Made by a program: the position numbers and the translations under genes. DNA of 64,000 bases from Lingula anatina (Eukaryota > Animalia > Brachiopoda). Position 1 is the first letter of the stretch. Each line of letters starts with the position of its first letter. This document shows, one piece after another, positions 11,122 to 24,943 of the stretch. The notes under the pieces were generated by a model. That model searched no databases. It was not told where the DNA came from and worked only from the letters and a program-made list of their open reading frames with translations. Location: contig CM120647.1 in the NCBI GenBank assembly GCA_051362555.1, positions 20,126,651 through 20,190,650 of the forward strand, given 5' to 3'.

Positions 11122-12631
11122 CTGCTGAATTTAAGCAAAATATAATAGCACAGTGGCAGGTTTTAACATGTCAGAATCCGGTCCAAGTTTCTAACCTGTC
11201 TGAACACGTCATGGGGTCTTTTTCAGCCCTGCTAACTGCATGGTTCCACTGCACACCCAAGATGAAGTGAATTGATTAAACACTGGTAACCCACTTTCTT
11301 TGTGATTAGGTAAACACGTTCATCTAAACTAAAGAAACTCGTCAGGAATCAGTGGAGTGTGAGAGAGGAGGAAAGTTCTGATAATTTTTTTGCTATTGTT
11401 TGTATTTGATTACTTAATCTAAGTGTGTAATTGGAAAATTGGATGTGGGGTTTTGACTCGGTGTGAAAGGACAGGTATGAAGGAAGAGGACCTGATCTTT
11501 TCCTTGTTCATAAACTTTATTGTGTATTGAGTAATTAGAGGAACTTTTTTTTTCTTTTGACCTTTAATGAATAAAAGAAATTTAAGTGTATGATATTCCA
11601 AATGTTGAAATGGAACCTTTGAAACAAAAATTGAAAGTTTTTTATCAGGTTTTTTCCCTTCATTCAAGATCATTAATAAGAAAAAGATAATAAAAAATTG
11701 ACTATAAGGAACTATTTGATGTGTCACTGATATTTCTGTGAAGTCGAAAATTCAGAAATGAAAAAAGGAAATTCAGAAATCAAATGAGAGGGAGGTAAGA
11801 AGGTGAACGGTGGCCTTTTAAAAAGCCCACTTCGTGCCAGGGCCTGCCTATTCCTTATCAAACATTTTATCAAAGTCTCACTTTTGATTTGTTATAGTGA
11901 ATTACACCTGTTAATCGCACTACGGAACACAGACCCTATATTTACACAATCTGAGTTGGGGACTGATTAACCTGGCTGTTCTGATAACAGAGGTAGGGTT
12001 GAGGCCCTTTCTCTTTACTTTCAACTGAAATGCTTAAAGTTTAAGACAGCGGAGACATTTATTGCTCCTTCCTCCCCCTCCCTCTTCTCCTCCCCCATAA
12101 AATAATAAATCCTTCTGTAATTTTGAGATTTACGTGGTTTTAACAGAGAGAAAGACCTGGGGGGGGGGGGGGATGAGAGAGAGAGAGAGAAAAAGATTAA
12201 AATTGTTTCAAACTTCATACAAAATTGACACTGAGCATGTTTTTTATAAGTCAAATGCATAGCCATATGAATCGAAGGCAAAAAAAAAAAAAAATGAAAT
12301 AAAAATTCAGTACCAGCATCAAGTGTCTGAGTTGCATGCTGCAGTTATAATGTATCAGTACCTGTCCCTGTATTATACCAGTTTGTAGGGGCAGAATAAG
12401 AGGTCAGATCTTCAGTATTAAATATCAGTAGTGTTCCATACTTTGAGTAACATTAGAAGCAAGTGGAGTCAGAAAAAAAAGACACACAACTGGTGATGAG
12501 CCTTGAGGGCTTGTGTTTGCACTTGGATACAATTTAGGCCAATTTTGGTTGTGATTTCATCCATTGAGCCCTCCCCTCAATCAGTATAAACCTGGTTGAG
12601 ATTATTTATAAGACGTCATGTCTTACTTATA

Positions 12632-12801
12632 CTGGGGTGGTGCTAGCAATTTTTTTTTTTTTTTCGTTTAGCCAAATTACTACTTTTTCACTGCTTTTTT
12701 ATCCAAATGGTTTAAATTTGACTCAAGTAAGTCAAATCAACCCTATTTTGTTTAGTCAGTTTTAGCATTTGGCTAAATTGGGGAGTGTTAGCGCTACCCA
12801 G
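12632..12801. mobile_element. TA-flanked MITE (Tc1/mariner-type), copy 1
   Basis: Termini CTGGGGTGGTGCTAGCA / TGTTAGCGCTACCCAG flanked by TATA on both sides; homologous copy near 40135. Confidence 0.65.
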
Positions 12802-13928
12802 TATAAAATTGTAGTGGAGTTTTTGGTACTTACGCTATGCTATGCGGGACAAATATATGGGTTTTTTTGGTGCTATTCATTTTGCCTGTGATTGTATATG
12901 GAAATATCTGAATATACTGGAATACATTCCAACAAATGTATTGAAAAAGATTTTTGCAACTATCTGACTGACTAGTGCAAAATACTACGCTTTGATATCA
13001 TTACTAGTAAGTTGTTCACCAGCAGGAGTAATGCAGAAAAAATGTGATTATTGTAAATATTTAATAACCATCATTGACTTTTTATTGCTCTGTCTTTTGA
13101 AACGTTTAAAACATTTAGGCATCAGTGATGACAATTTTCTTTATCCCATATGGAAAAAGTGATGTGGAACAAAAACTCTTAATCAGTAAGAAATTGTTTA
13201 TCACAAATTTCATCAATTGCTACATAGCAAGCAGTTGGCACAGAAAAGGTGCATGTTTGCAAAGGGATACAATCAGGATACTTGTATGTGAATTTGCAGG
13301 TTAAGATTGCATAGATGCTCTATGTGGCTAAATGTAACCTGTAAAAAAAGGCAGCAAAGGATGCTTACGCAGCTCATAAGCACTTGCCCTCATTTCAGGT
13401 TAAGAACCAGAAAAGCTTTAAAAATTCAGGTCGCATTTGACTTCCCTACCAAGACAAGGAGTCATGCATCGCAATAAAAAAATTAAAAAGACCACTGGTG
13501 TTGCCTGCCGTCAAAAAACGAGATACTGTACATAAATAATGACCAAGTTAGTTCCACTTCACTAAGCTTTCTTACAAGAGTCTGTGTTAACGAGGACTTC
13601 TAATTCTCTCTCTCTCTCTCTTTTTTTTTTCTTTCAACAAGATTTTATGCACTGGGAGGTGTTTGAACAAGTCTTGAGGTCATATCTCAGAACTTTTGTC
13701 TTGGTCTGACATACCAGACATGTTTGTCTGCATACTGTGGCAAATTTCATTTTTACAGAAGGAAGAATCTTTTAAATTAATGGTATCTTCCATTTTTTCT
13801 TTTCAGTTTGTAGAATAAAAGAATTATGTGTCATTTAAAAAACAAACATGAAAGAATGAAACTGGGAAAAGATAAAGTGCTCATCATATGATTCATTAAA
13901 TTATTATTTTAAATGTCTTTTTGACAAC

Positions 13929-13967
<39 letters not shown>

Positions 13968-15281
13968 AAAAAAAAAAAAAAAAAACAGCATTTATGGTTG
14001 ATACCAAGTTATCATTGATAATTTAGGGGTATTTCTTCTTTTAATCAAATACTGTACATAACAGATTAGCTCCTAAATTAGATAGGAAATGAAACTATTC
14101 TGCCAAACAACTAGTATTTTCACTCTCACAAATATGAATTATTTAAACTATTTTCTGAATTAATTGATTGTTAGGCAATCAGTAAGGTATTATTTTTTGG
14201 GGGGGAGGGGGGCTATGTCCCTGACAATCTTTCCATGTTGAGAGTGAATATTTTGATAAACCCATTGTTTAGCATCTTTTTATTTTCGGAAGAAAACCCA
14301 ACATACTTGTGACATCAAACAAATAATTTTATACAGATGAAAAAAAGTCTTAATTTGTTGTTTGTAATAAAAATCCAAGAAAAAGCCCAGAAGATGCAGA
14401 GAGAGACGGTAGCTATTGTAGTAAGTCCAGAGGTTGATCATGGGATACTCGGCTATCTCATTAATTACTTAACTCTAAGCTCGCCTGGAACACTGCCTAC
14501 TTCAGTTTGTGTGCAGGGATAATCCCCCTCTTTTATCTTTTTATTGACAAAAGCTTGCTGAAATGAACCGTTGGACTGCAGGAGTTCTACGTGTGGGAAG
14601 CGTGTTATTGAGTACAGGATGATATTTGAAGGGGGAGGCTGAATTAAATCTTGAATTGTTGACTTTAGGCATTCTTATTGTTACCACATCCCATTGAGTC
14701 ATGTGTAAAGTTTAGACAGGTTTTGATTTATTTTATTTGTGCTTCATAAATTGGTTTTATTTAACCATCTCTAATTTTTGTGGTAGATACTGTTTTGTGT
14801 GGCTAAATCTACTGAACCTCTAATGCATTTTAGACTAAATATATGGAAATATATTTTATCAATTTATTTCTATACACGTTAATTTTACAAAGTCTCTGAC
14901 TTTACCAAAAAAATTATGAAGTACTAAGACTAAGCACTAAATACTGTTTCTTCAATCAGTTGCTAAAGTTAGAATTATTGGCATTTAATAGTTTTATGTC
15001 TCTAATGGATTTTGTAGTTGCTAAGGTGGCAAAATAAAAGGGGGGATGCATTTACTTTTGCCAAAGTGAAATTACTCTACAGCAAAGTTTCCCGAAAAAA
15101 AAAAAAAGTATATACCACACTCTTCCTGAAACTCAAGGTTAACCTTTAAAAAATTATTCATGGTAGGGGCATATTCAGACTTCACATTTTAGGACCCTTT
15201 CCAAATAAAACTATTGGATCAATGTAGATCAATCCAACTCTGAGGAGAATCTCCCTAAATGCAATCAAATTAGCAGATTAA

Positions 15282-15482
15282 GACCCCATTCCCATAGATT
15301 TTAGATCGATCTATCCTTGTGAGGAGTCTCACTAGATTACTGTCAGCTTAGCCGGCTTAAGCGTCTGGCCCCGCCTACTAAAAGCTGTAGGGGGGTAATT
15401 AACTGTGGTGCGCGCTTGGCTGACTGCAATTTAGCGTGAACCTCAGGGAGTTAGGTCGTTCTAAATCTAAATCTCTGCACCC
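15282..15482 (+). mobile_element. Tourist/PIF-Harbinger-like MITE family A, copy 1
   Basis: GACCCCATTCCCATAGA left TIR, TAA TSD on both sides, shared core gagtctcactagattactgtcagc...cccgcctactaaaagct...ggggtaattaact. Confidence 0.85.
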
Positions 15483-18400
15483 TAACACACCTGCCTCCTG
15501 GCATTGGGTAGTATACAGAAAGCTGGTAATTATACGAGTACATTGGAAACAAGAGGAGGTGTGTTAATGTGATGGCATTCAGCAAGAGTCCCCACTGAGT
15601 GTGATTGATCGACCTAGACAGATAGTTTCATTTGAAATGAGCCCTTAGTAGATTATAATCGCAGTTTGACCTTTGACCTTAGCCATCTGCAACATCAAAG
15701 ACAAGATGTTTCACAACTCTGCCAAAAAAATTTTACAACAGTTGGAGGAGAATGATGTATTGCCCCCTTTCTCCCCCTCCATTTTCCACAGTCACCTATC
15801 ACAGCAGAAACACCAATAAGATTTGTTAATATTGAAGAATTGAAACATTATTTGAGAATAATTTAAGAATAATATACATATTTACATTCAGTTTATCTAC
15901 TAAAAGGAAAAGCTATATATCAAGGTTTATGGTTGGTATCATATGCACACATTTTTCATGATAGGCTAGGTCGGTCTGCAAGAATAAAGATGCACCGAAA
16001 TAATAAAAAAATCTGTTATGATAGTTAGTGCTGAGAAAAAAAGACAATTTATATGGTATTATTCACAAATTCCAAACGTAAAAAAAAAAGACTAAACATT
16101 GTACATTTTCATCATCTCTTTATTTTGTAACAATTTTTTTTTTTTTCAAATTCTGACAGGTTATCATCTAGCCATTCAAAACTTTATGATATTCTTTATC
16201 AGAAAAAAAAATAATTAATTTGGACTTATACAAAAAAATTCTTTTTGGAAACATATTTCCTCATTTTTGTTAGAATTTCATGAGCATAAGCCATATAATA
16301 GACAATGAATACAGATGCAAACCAGGCCTCGTTATGTTCAGCACAGAGGCAAGCTGTATCTAGAATAGCGCCTAACTGAGGAGGAAATTAGATAATAACA
16401 TCTCCAGGGACAAATTGAAAACTATTAGAGAGAGTTAATTAATAAGGCAGGGTCATATAATATATCATATAAATGTATATCCAGGGGGGGATTTGTGAGG
16501 GCACCTGTGGCGCCGCCTGTCTGAAAGGAACCATTATTTTGGCATTCAGATAGGGTTGGTTTGTGGATTTATCATCTTAGCTTAAAATGTGTCTGTTACT
16601 CAGAAATGCCGCTCAGACAAATTGATGATTAGGTGTGATTAGGTTCAGCAGTCATCAAGTAAAGAGTGCTGTACATAGTAAATACCACTTCGCATTATAG
16701 TTGTCGGCAAGGGAGGCTACTATCAGGGTCGGATGGAAGCCGTCTGCTGGCACTTCTGGAAAACACTCAGAATTTTCAAATTTACATTGATGGGCATCTA
16801 ATTTTTCTGTCAGAAGATGGTCAAAATAAGAGGATGGATCAAAAAAGATAATTTGGAAAACTGTCAGAAAATATCTCTGAGAACTAGTAGATTTCTGCAG
16901 CTTTTAACCCTTTTTCATTTTATTATGATAGAAATGTAAAATGATAAATATTTATTTTTTTTATGGAGGGTATTATTTTTTCCCAAGCCTTTCGTTCTTT
17001 ATACTACTAACTAGATTCCTGTCCATTTGGTGCATCTTTCCCGAGACGGTACAGAATCAAGAAAAAAAAGGATAAACTTGTTGGAGGTCCATGTTCAAAG
17101 TTGGGGCTCGCAATTTTGCAACTCTATACTAGTACTTTCTACATCTTTATCTGACACTGCATGCAGAAGCAATCACTTCTGTTGAAAGCTCACAATATGT
17201 TGAGATAAACATAATCATTACCATTAAACAGACTACCGTCTTGGAGCAATGGAGAAGGGGGTGTATAAATGACCGATATTCACTAAATATTTTTTTCCCT
17301 GGATCATCCAACTTATTATGTTATCATCTAATAATTGTTGTCAACTGTCAATAATTTTGAGGATTCCTGAGAGGAAGAAGCCAAAAACCATTCTATCTGT
17401 AGTTGCCACATTACCAGAACACTTGAGGCTATTGAACAAAGTTTGGAACAAGATACAATTGAGCACAGCAACCACCAAAAATACAGGTCTACTCGCTACT
17501 TCTAACAGTGGATGCTCCCAGCAAAATACATTCAGCTGCCAACAATATGGAAGATCCTGTGAAGCCCACATTTACCTCTTTATGAAATTTCGAATGTTGC
17601 CGTATTCATACTGTTAATGAGTGACAGCTGGTGATGTTGATCATGTTGATGAATCCTGATAAAATTATTGTTGAAGAATGACTATGTACTAGTAATATTT
17701 CTTTGATGAAAATTGGTAGCTCATACAATCCATGTGAAAGTTTTTTTCTCTCTTGGAAATGTTTTAACATGTGGATGTTTAAAAAGTGGATCGAGTAGTG
17801 CTTTACACTACGTTTTGTCCAGCTCAAAGTGATATTATTCACAATATTGTATTAATTATTTAAAGAAAAAATGAATGTTCCCCTAAATTTAAAAGGGGGG
17901 AAAGGAAATTTTCTGAAATTGTCCACCTCTATTGATGAGAGAGGAAAGCTTAGTGAAGGTACTAGTATTTCTGACTGAACACCTCAGATACTGCAGTCAG
18001 GGAGTTGTTTGTGGCTGAAGTCCTTTGAAGTCTCTTCTTCATTCTGTTTGTAACAGTTTAATTTTAGTAACTCAGTAATTTGCACAAGAAAAAAAGAAAA
18101 AATATCAAAATAAAAATCCTTCAAAACAAATACTATCATGTCTAACTTGAAGCTGCATCTCCCATTACATTTAGACAGTTTAACTTAGTTAGAAAAATTA
18201 TCCCTCCAAATACCCCCCCCCCCAACCTTTCTTTTGAAACCTACCCCCATCTCGTCTACTCTGAGTTGCAATTTACTGGTAAACCCCCCCCCCCCCAACC
18301 CACCTTTAAAAATAACAGGCAACAAAGAACATCTGGATATGTAAAGGAGAGACTGTTACAGTTGGGGTGGTTTTTATGTCTGGCCTTTTGACGACTGAAA

Positions 18401-20056
18401 CCTTGGAAGAAAATTAACCGTGGCTCAGGTAAAGGTTACGGTATGTTTTTCTATCATTATTTGAGGCGAGGGATCAGCCGGTTGGAAAAAAGATGTGATA
18501 TTAGCTCCCTTCTAACATCCGACCGACTTACCCAAGTTTTCTGTAGGTGGAGTTAAAGTGCTATCACACAGCGCGGCATGAGCTGTAGAAAAAATTCCTG
18601 ACAAATTGTGAGAGGAATGTGTTGTTTTTGATACCAGGTTGATTGAAGTTACAGTAAAAAGAAGTGCAAGTGACCTTGGTGTGTCTGCACCAGGGTTGAA
18701 TATTTTTATGTAGCAAAGCATTCTCTTTAGAGACATAGTGATATAGGACTTATTGGTCTTGTTTTTGAGGATTTAATCTTTATGAAATTGTAAAATAAAG
18801 TTAACATACAAGTAGTTGCTTGGTCATGTGTGTTATGATTAAGACAGATAAAAGTCAAAAGGAGAGGGTTTGGGTCCTATTTTTTGACATCCTGGTGTCT
18901 TCCTCTGAATTCTGCTCTTGCTGAGGGTTTACTATGTACTGTAGTTGTCTCCATGATGCCATGGTATAATATATGAAAACTATGATTTTTGTTGCTTTAT
19001 TTTAAAATATTACTTCAGCTGAGAATTCAATCATCTTATTTTGACTTAAGAAAAAAAAACACAAGAAAGAGAGAGACGGAGAGAGAGAGAGAGACTGCAG
19101 CTATTGCAGAATGGCTTGAAATAAGTTGAGCCTTTTCTGCACTGCATACCTGAAGCAGCCAGCTATATTAGCTAAGTTTAATGTGCCGTTTATTTTTGTT
19201 TCTGCTATTGCCCTCAGGTGTACTGAGGATTCCAAATGTATGGTAACATCTCTCTAAACTTGAACAGGTTAGGGTTTTGATTTGCCCTCAAAATTCATTT
19301 GTTAGTGTAACCTGAAATTTTGGTTCGAAATGACTGAAAAGATACATGAAGTATTCTTTTCTTAGTTGTCTGATAATGAGTAAATTGAAAGACAATTAAG
19401 TGTTGTGATATGTACAGAAATTTGAGAATTATTACCATCTAAGAAGGGGGGTACATGCATTGGAAGCTTGGAGAGAGTTCAGGTTAGATTGAGAAGTGTT
19501 CTCCTGGACATAATAAATTGCTATGTTCTATGAAGTTCACAAATTATATTTCCTTTAGGATGCTTAGAAATAGTATCCACGTCTTTAAAATGCCTTGCAT
19601 TATCACTGTCTTCTCCCTTCTCTTTCTCTCAGGTGCGCACACACCTACAGACTTACAAAGAGAAAGAGAGAGATGCGCCTACTCACAGTAGTTCACAAAC
19701 CCTCGGTAAAAGACACTGGAACAAAAACACGAAATACCAGTTCTCTTATCTCATCGTGGAGCCTCACAGAGCCCCACCTTGCCAGTTTCCAAGACGAACC
19801 GTGTCACATCAGCGCTCACTTACGACAATTTATTGCGTCTTATGCCACTTAGCATGCAATGGCGTAACTAGTCTAGTGATTCACACTCGGGGCAGTCTCG
19901 TCTCAGACAGAAAATCCTTGTCCTGTTCAGACGTGTTCAGACGCGTTGTAAATTTAGACAGCCCAGTGAGAATAAATGAGATTGTTAGGCACTATATACT
20001 ATATACAAAATGTAAAAAATATTCATGTTAGATCAATTGAGCAGCCCTACCTCCCT

Positions 20057-20140
<84 letters not shown>

Positions 20141-21111
20141 CATAATGTTGCACCTGTTTACAGAGACCTCTTTCTTTAAATTTTCCTCCTTAAATTATTT
20201 ATATAGCACACAAAAAGAGTACAGCTGTGAGGAAAATGGGCTTCAGCCACTTACGTTTTCACCACTGAAATCCTAACAGTGATTAGAATACATATCAGGT
20301 CTATGTAGGTTCATACCATTTATGGGCATGTATATTTAATAAGTAACATCAGTGACTATGTAGACTGTTGGTTATACATGTCAAGGGAAGGATGGAGTTA
20401 TACAAGGGCCCCAGATATGGATAAATGTTGTTGATAGAGCATCCCAGTGCAAGGGGGACAATGCCAGTTCCTTCATGACAAATATTTACAATTGTGATGA
20501 GAATAATTGAAAAGTAATTCAATCTATAGTGCATGTGTAATTAAATATTATTCCACGGCCAGTTTGAGATTTACTTTGTGTGATGTTATGTAAGGTCTCC
20601 TGCTGGGGCCTGCCGCTGTTTTGTTATTATATAGAAGTGCTGACAAAACGGGGACAACTTGGGAGATCGGAGATTTCTGAACGAAGCAAAATCATGTGTC
20701 ATGAATACTGCTTTCTTTGAACAGTGCAGTCACGGTTCTGTTAATTCATGTTGCATGCACTGCAAATTTCATTATATTTTATTTTATTTTATTTTATTAT
20801 TTCAGTCTTTATCATTTGTGTACACTATATATTATTATATAGTTCAACTGAAAAATCACAGGTTTGCTTTAAATATACTAATCCAGGAAATGTTTAAAAA
20901 AGATAGTTGTAACAAAAGGTTGATGTCTAAGTTAGAATGCCCAGTTTCTTTGTTTTTTCACATAGATTATTGTTGAAGGATTTTTTTTTTTTTTTTTTGG
21001 GGGGGGGGGTCTACAGCGACTGGCATGCTTAAAATACAGAGAATTTATAGATTAGGTTTATTGATAAGCTAGAGGGTAGGAAATATTTATAAAAGTTCAA
21101 CTGAAGTCTTA

Positions 21112-21332
21112 CACCCCATTTCCATAGATTAGATCGACCTACTTTAGATCGAACTAACTCCCTGGGGGTTCACGCTAAATAGCTGTCAGCCGGGCGGACA
21201 CGAAAGTTAATTACCCCCTTACAGCTTGTAGTAGGCGGGAAGGACATTTAAGTCGGATTATCTGAAAGACTGGATTATCTAGTGAGACTCCCCGCGGGGA
21301 TAGATCGATCTAAAATCTATGGGAATAGAGCC
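21112..21332 (-). mobile_element. MITE family A, copy 2 (inverted)
   Basis: TTA TSD at 21109-21111 and 21333-21335; reverse complement of the family core. Confidence 0.85.
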
Positions 21333-24300
21333 TTAGTGAAGGCATCAATTCTCAGATATATGGGCTGAATCCCTGTCCAAGAAAGGTCATCGAAGATTAT
21401 AAATATTTACTAGACAGCCAGGTAAATGGGCAGCCATTTTGCCAGCGAGGAATTCTGCATTTGCTATGTTATGTTATACACACCTATTATATCTGGCCTC
21501 TCCTTGTGATTACACTTTAGATTGAAATATATACGGAATTATAATCCAATTTATTTATAAGACTAATCTTACCAATTACATAAATGCGTCTGAAAATGTG
21601 ATGAACTAAAATAGTAACTGAAAATGTTTGATCTATCATTCAGACAAATAGTATATTTTTACATTCATGAGAGAGAGAGGGAGGGAGGGAGGAAAGGAGA
21701 GAGATTTGTCAGACTTTGCAATAGACAGAGAAAAGACAAGTACTAGTAACTGTAGAAAGATACAACATAAAAAAATATAGATCTGTCTCTTTTCTGAACA
21801 GTCCCACCCAGCGGTATTGATTTTCTATCAAAGGAACCCAGGTTGATGAAAGAAGTGGACTTTGATGGATACGTTGTTCTTGTTCTCTGAAGACGCAGAA
21901 TTCCAAGTGTCTGCTCCATTTTCTATTGATTTTGACAAATCGTCTCATCTCCTTCATCTTTCTTCAGTTTATTGAATTAAACACTTCATAACTATGCTGA
22001 TGATAACTAATAGCTGTCTTAGTATGTGCTGCAGGCAATTCCAAAGGGATAGGATTTTTTTTTTTTTTTTTAAGTGGACATTTTTAACCCCTTTTTGGCC
22101 CAATTCAAGAAATGGCATAGAGAACCTAGATCAGAGTTTGGATTTAGAGTGGACCTTTTCCAAACAAAATTGTGTCTCTTTTGCTCCTCCCCCACCCCCA
22201 CCCCCACCCACCCACCCTTTACCCCTCAGTCCTGGTAGAAAATAACTATACAGCTGCTCATATTCCTTTCGTGTAGAATTATAGCTTTCTTCTCTGTTCA
22301 TTGGTTTACCTCAACTGTTAAAACACGAAGACTTAAAAAGATAGGAGAGATGCAACTTTATAGTGGGTGGTTGGGGGTGGATATAATAGGATGGCCCTCT
22401 GTTATTTAAAACACTACAGAGTGATTTTTCAAGTAAAAATGTGTGTGGGTGGGTGTAAATTAAAAGTCTACCTTAAGTTTTCCCCCTTGTACATCACACC
22501 CAATATGATGTATTGATTTCCATGTTATGTCCACATTAATGCCTCAGCTGCGAACCACACAGAAGAACCATAAAAATGATGTTAAATTCACTGTTCATTG
22601 ATCTTGTAATCGGTATTTAAGTACTGACTATAAAAACACATATATGCAGTGCAAAATGACACATTTGCTTTCATCTAATGGATCAAGGATGATGTTTTGC
22701 TTTTTTTTCAGACTTTTATTGCTAAATTGATATAACCTTTTCGCCTTATCTGCAAAAAACAGGTTGAAGGATTAATACTCGAATGTCAATTTCAGTTATA
22801 TATGGCAATTTTTTTTTCTGTGGAAATGGGTTTGTCTCTTTATATGATGAGGAGGTACATTTATTGTATTGTTAAAACAAGGAAAGGTTTTTTATGATGA
22901 AATCTAGTAGGTACAAATGTGGATAGATTGGCCAGGATTTTGATAGGGGATGTTACTGGCAGTATAACATTGCAGTAAATGACTCAATCTTTTCAATGAG
23001 GAAAGTTGTGAGGTTTACAGTTAGTGTACTTTTTTTAAGTCATTAAATTCTTGAAATGAGAACATTATTTATTTATTTATTTATATGCCCAATTTTTAAA
23101 GCTGTCTGTTGTGAATGATTTCTAAAAATCCAGTCATGGCGGAGAATCCAGCGCCCCCCCCCCCCCCCCCCCCCCCAAACTCTGGAATTAGAGTCGATTT
23201 TAATGGATGAAAGCAAATGCTGATTTCATGATCAATGTTGTTGTAGTCTTCAAGGTGAAAAAGTCAGCAAGCCGTTAGAAAATGTGTAGTCTACAAGATG
23301 AAAAAAAATCGGCAACTGGTTAGAAAATGTGTAAAAGTAACAATATAAAGTTAAGCTGTGTGAGGAACTTTTCAGATTAGTCAAAGGTGGTCAATGTTTT
23401 CAAGTTTTTGAGTTATTGGATGCTAGCACAGACCTGTGGCAAATTTTTCATCAACGGGGACAGGTTTCACGCGGTGCAACCTGGTGAACTTTGGGAATTC
23501 CTTTCCCGTTGATAGAGAATGTCACAAGAATGTCGATTTAAAGTTAATTTGGAATCCCAATCTCTTTCAATAAAAGAGCACATATTGTAGTGAGGAGCTC
23601 GCTTCTCAAATTGACCAAAGAGCATACATTTATACTTGTCACTGTGTCAATTGTGGTAGAATACCTCTTTAAATTAACCTTTTTCTTTGCCTTTCTTCAG
23701 TTAGTAATGTCGCCTCTTAATGGAATCCACATATTTTTTTTTGGTGTGGTACTAGTAGTTAAGTAGGGCCCAGGGACAGAAGAAAAATGTATGCAATATC
23801 ACTGTTCTTTTGTGTTGTAGCCAACTGAAAACAGGTGTCCTTTTAGAACAGTATGAAAAAAATCTCTCAGTTGTCTCCAGAACCAGGGGGGAAAACCACC
23901 AAACTGTTAGGCAAGAAAAAAAAGGCCACCGCAGGTTGAAGCTGAGCCCCATTTAAAACACAATTAAAATAGCTGGGATTATTTTCTGCTGTGAAGTATT
24001 TGTGGACATTTGTGAGGTTGATGAGTGAAGAGGGAGTGAAGAATGGGGGTAAGTGGAGAGCAAGGGTGTCTGATTACCTCGCCTGCCTTGCTGTAGGAAG
24101 GGAGCACTTGTTACTTGTATTCTGCAACCTGCCTTGTAATATGAGACTGGCATAGTGTACCAATAAACTGTCTGGGAATTTTTTTTCTTTGATGTGGGAC
24201 AGTTATCTCTCTCTCTCTCTCTCTCTCTCATGTACATTACATTAAGTAATGTACTCCAAATATCATATTTATAAATATTGATGAAAATAATATTAGATCC

Positions 24301-24903
24301 TTCCTGAGATATCCTGTGATTGGAATAGCAAACTGAATTTCTTACATCAATTTCAGAGCTAAACTAAGGTTACAAACAAAGAACTGTAGCCTAGGCTTTA
24401 TGTCCTAAAGTGAAGCCGTGGTGTTTTAACTGAAAAAAAAAATTATCAACCTGAAAATTGACGAGAACTTTGTTCTGTTTTCTAGTGGAAGTTCTCTGCT
24501 ATGTGGTAAATGGCACAGAAAGTCTTATTCTTTAAATAAAATCATTGTCATAAAATGTGTTCAGTCTCACCCAGTAACCTTGCTGTACAAGGTACAGTCA
24601 TGTCTGTCTGAAAACATCAAAGAGATGAAGTGAACAAAGTTGGCAGGGAGTTTCTTGCCCTCATAGGGAGGTCAAACCCCATCTGGTGGAGGTTACCGTG
24701 GTGATATAAGTTCACTGTCTGATATTGTTTTTGGAAAAGTTTGTAAAAGCATTAAATTTTTTGCTATACAGAGGATAGTCTGTGATTGTTGAAGAGAAAG
24801 AAATCTCCACAAGAAAAATGCTGTTGTGCATCATGACACCCAAATAATAAAAGGAAGATAATATAGTTTAAGACAACGTAGTGAGACTGCAAGTGTGTGT
24901 GTG

Positions 24904-24943
<40 letters not shown>

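Noticed and set aside
17318-17842. Cys-containing ORFs that might be a decayed transposase
   Set aside because: No convincing motif could be aligned by eye; would need a translated search.
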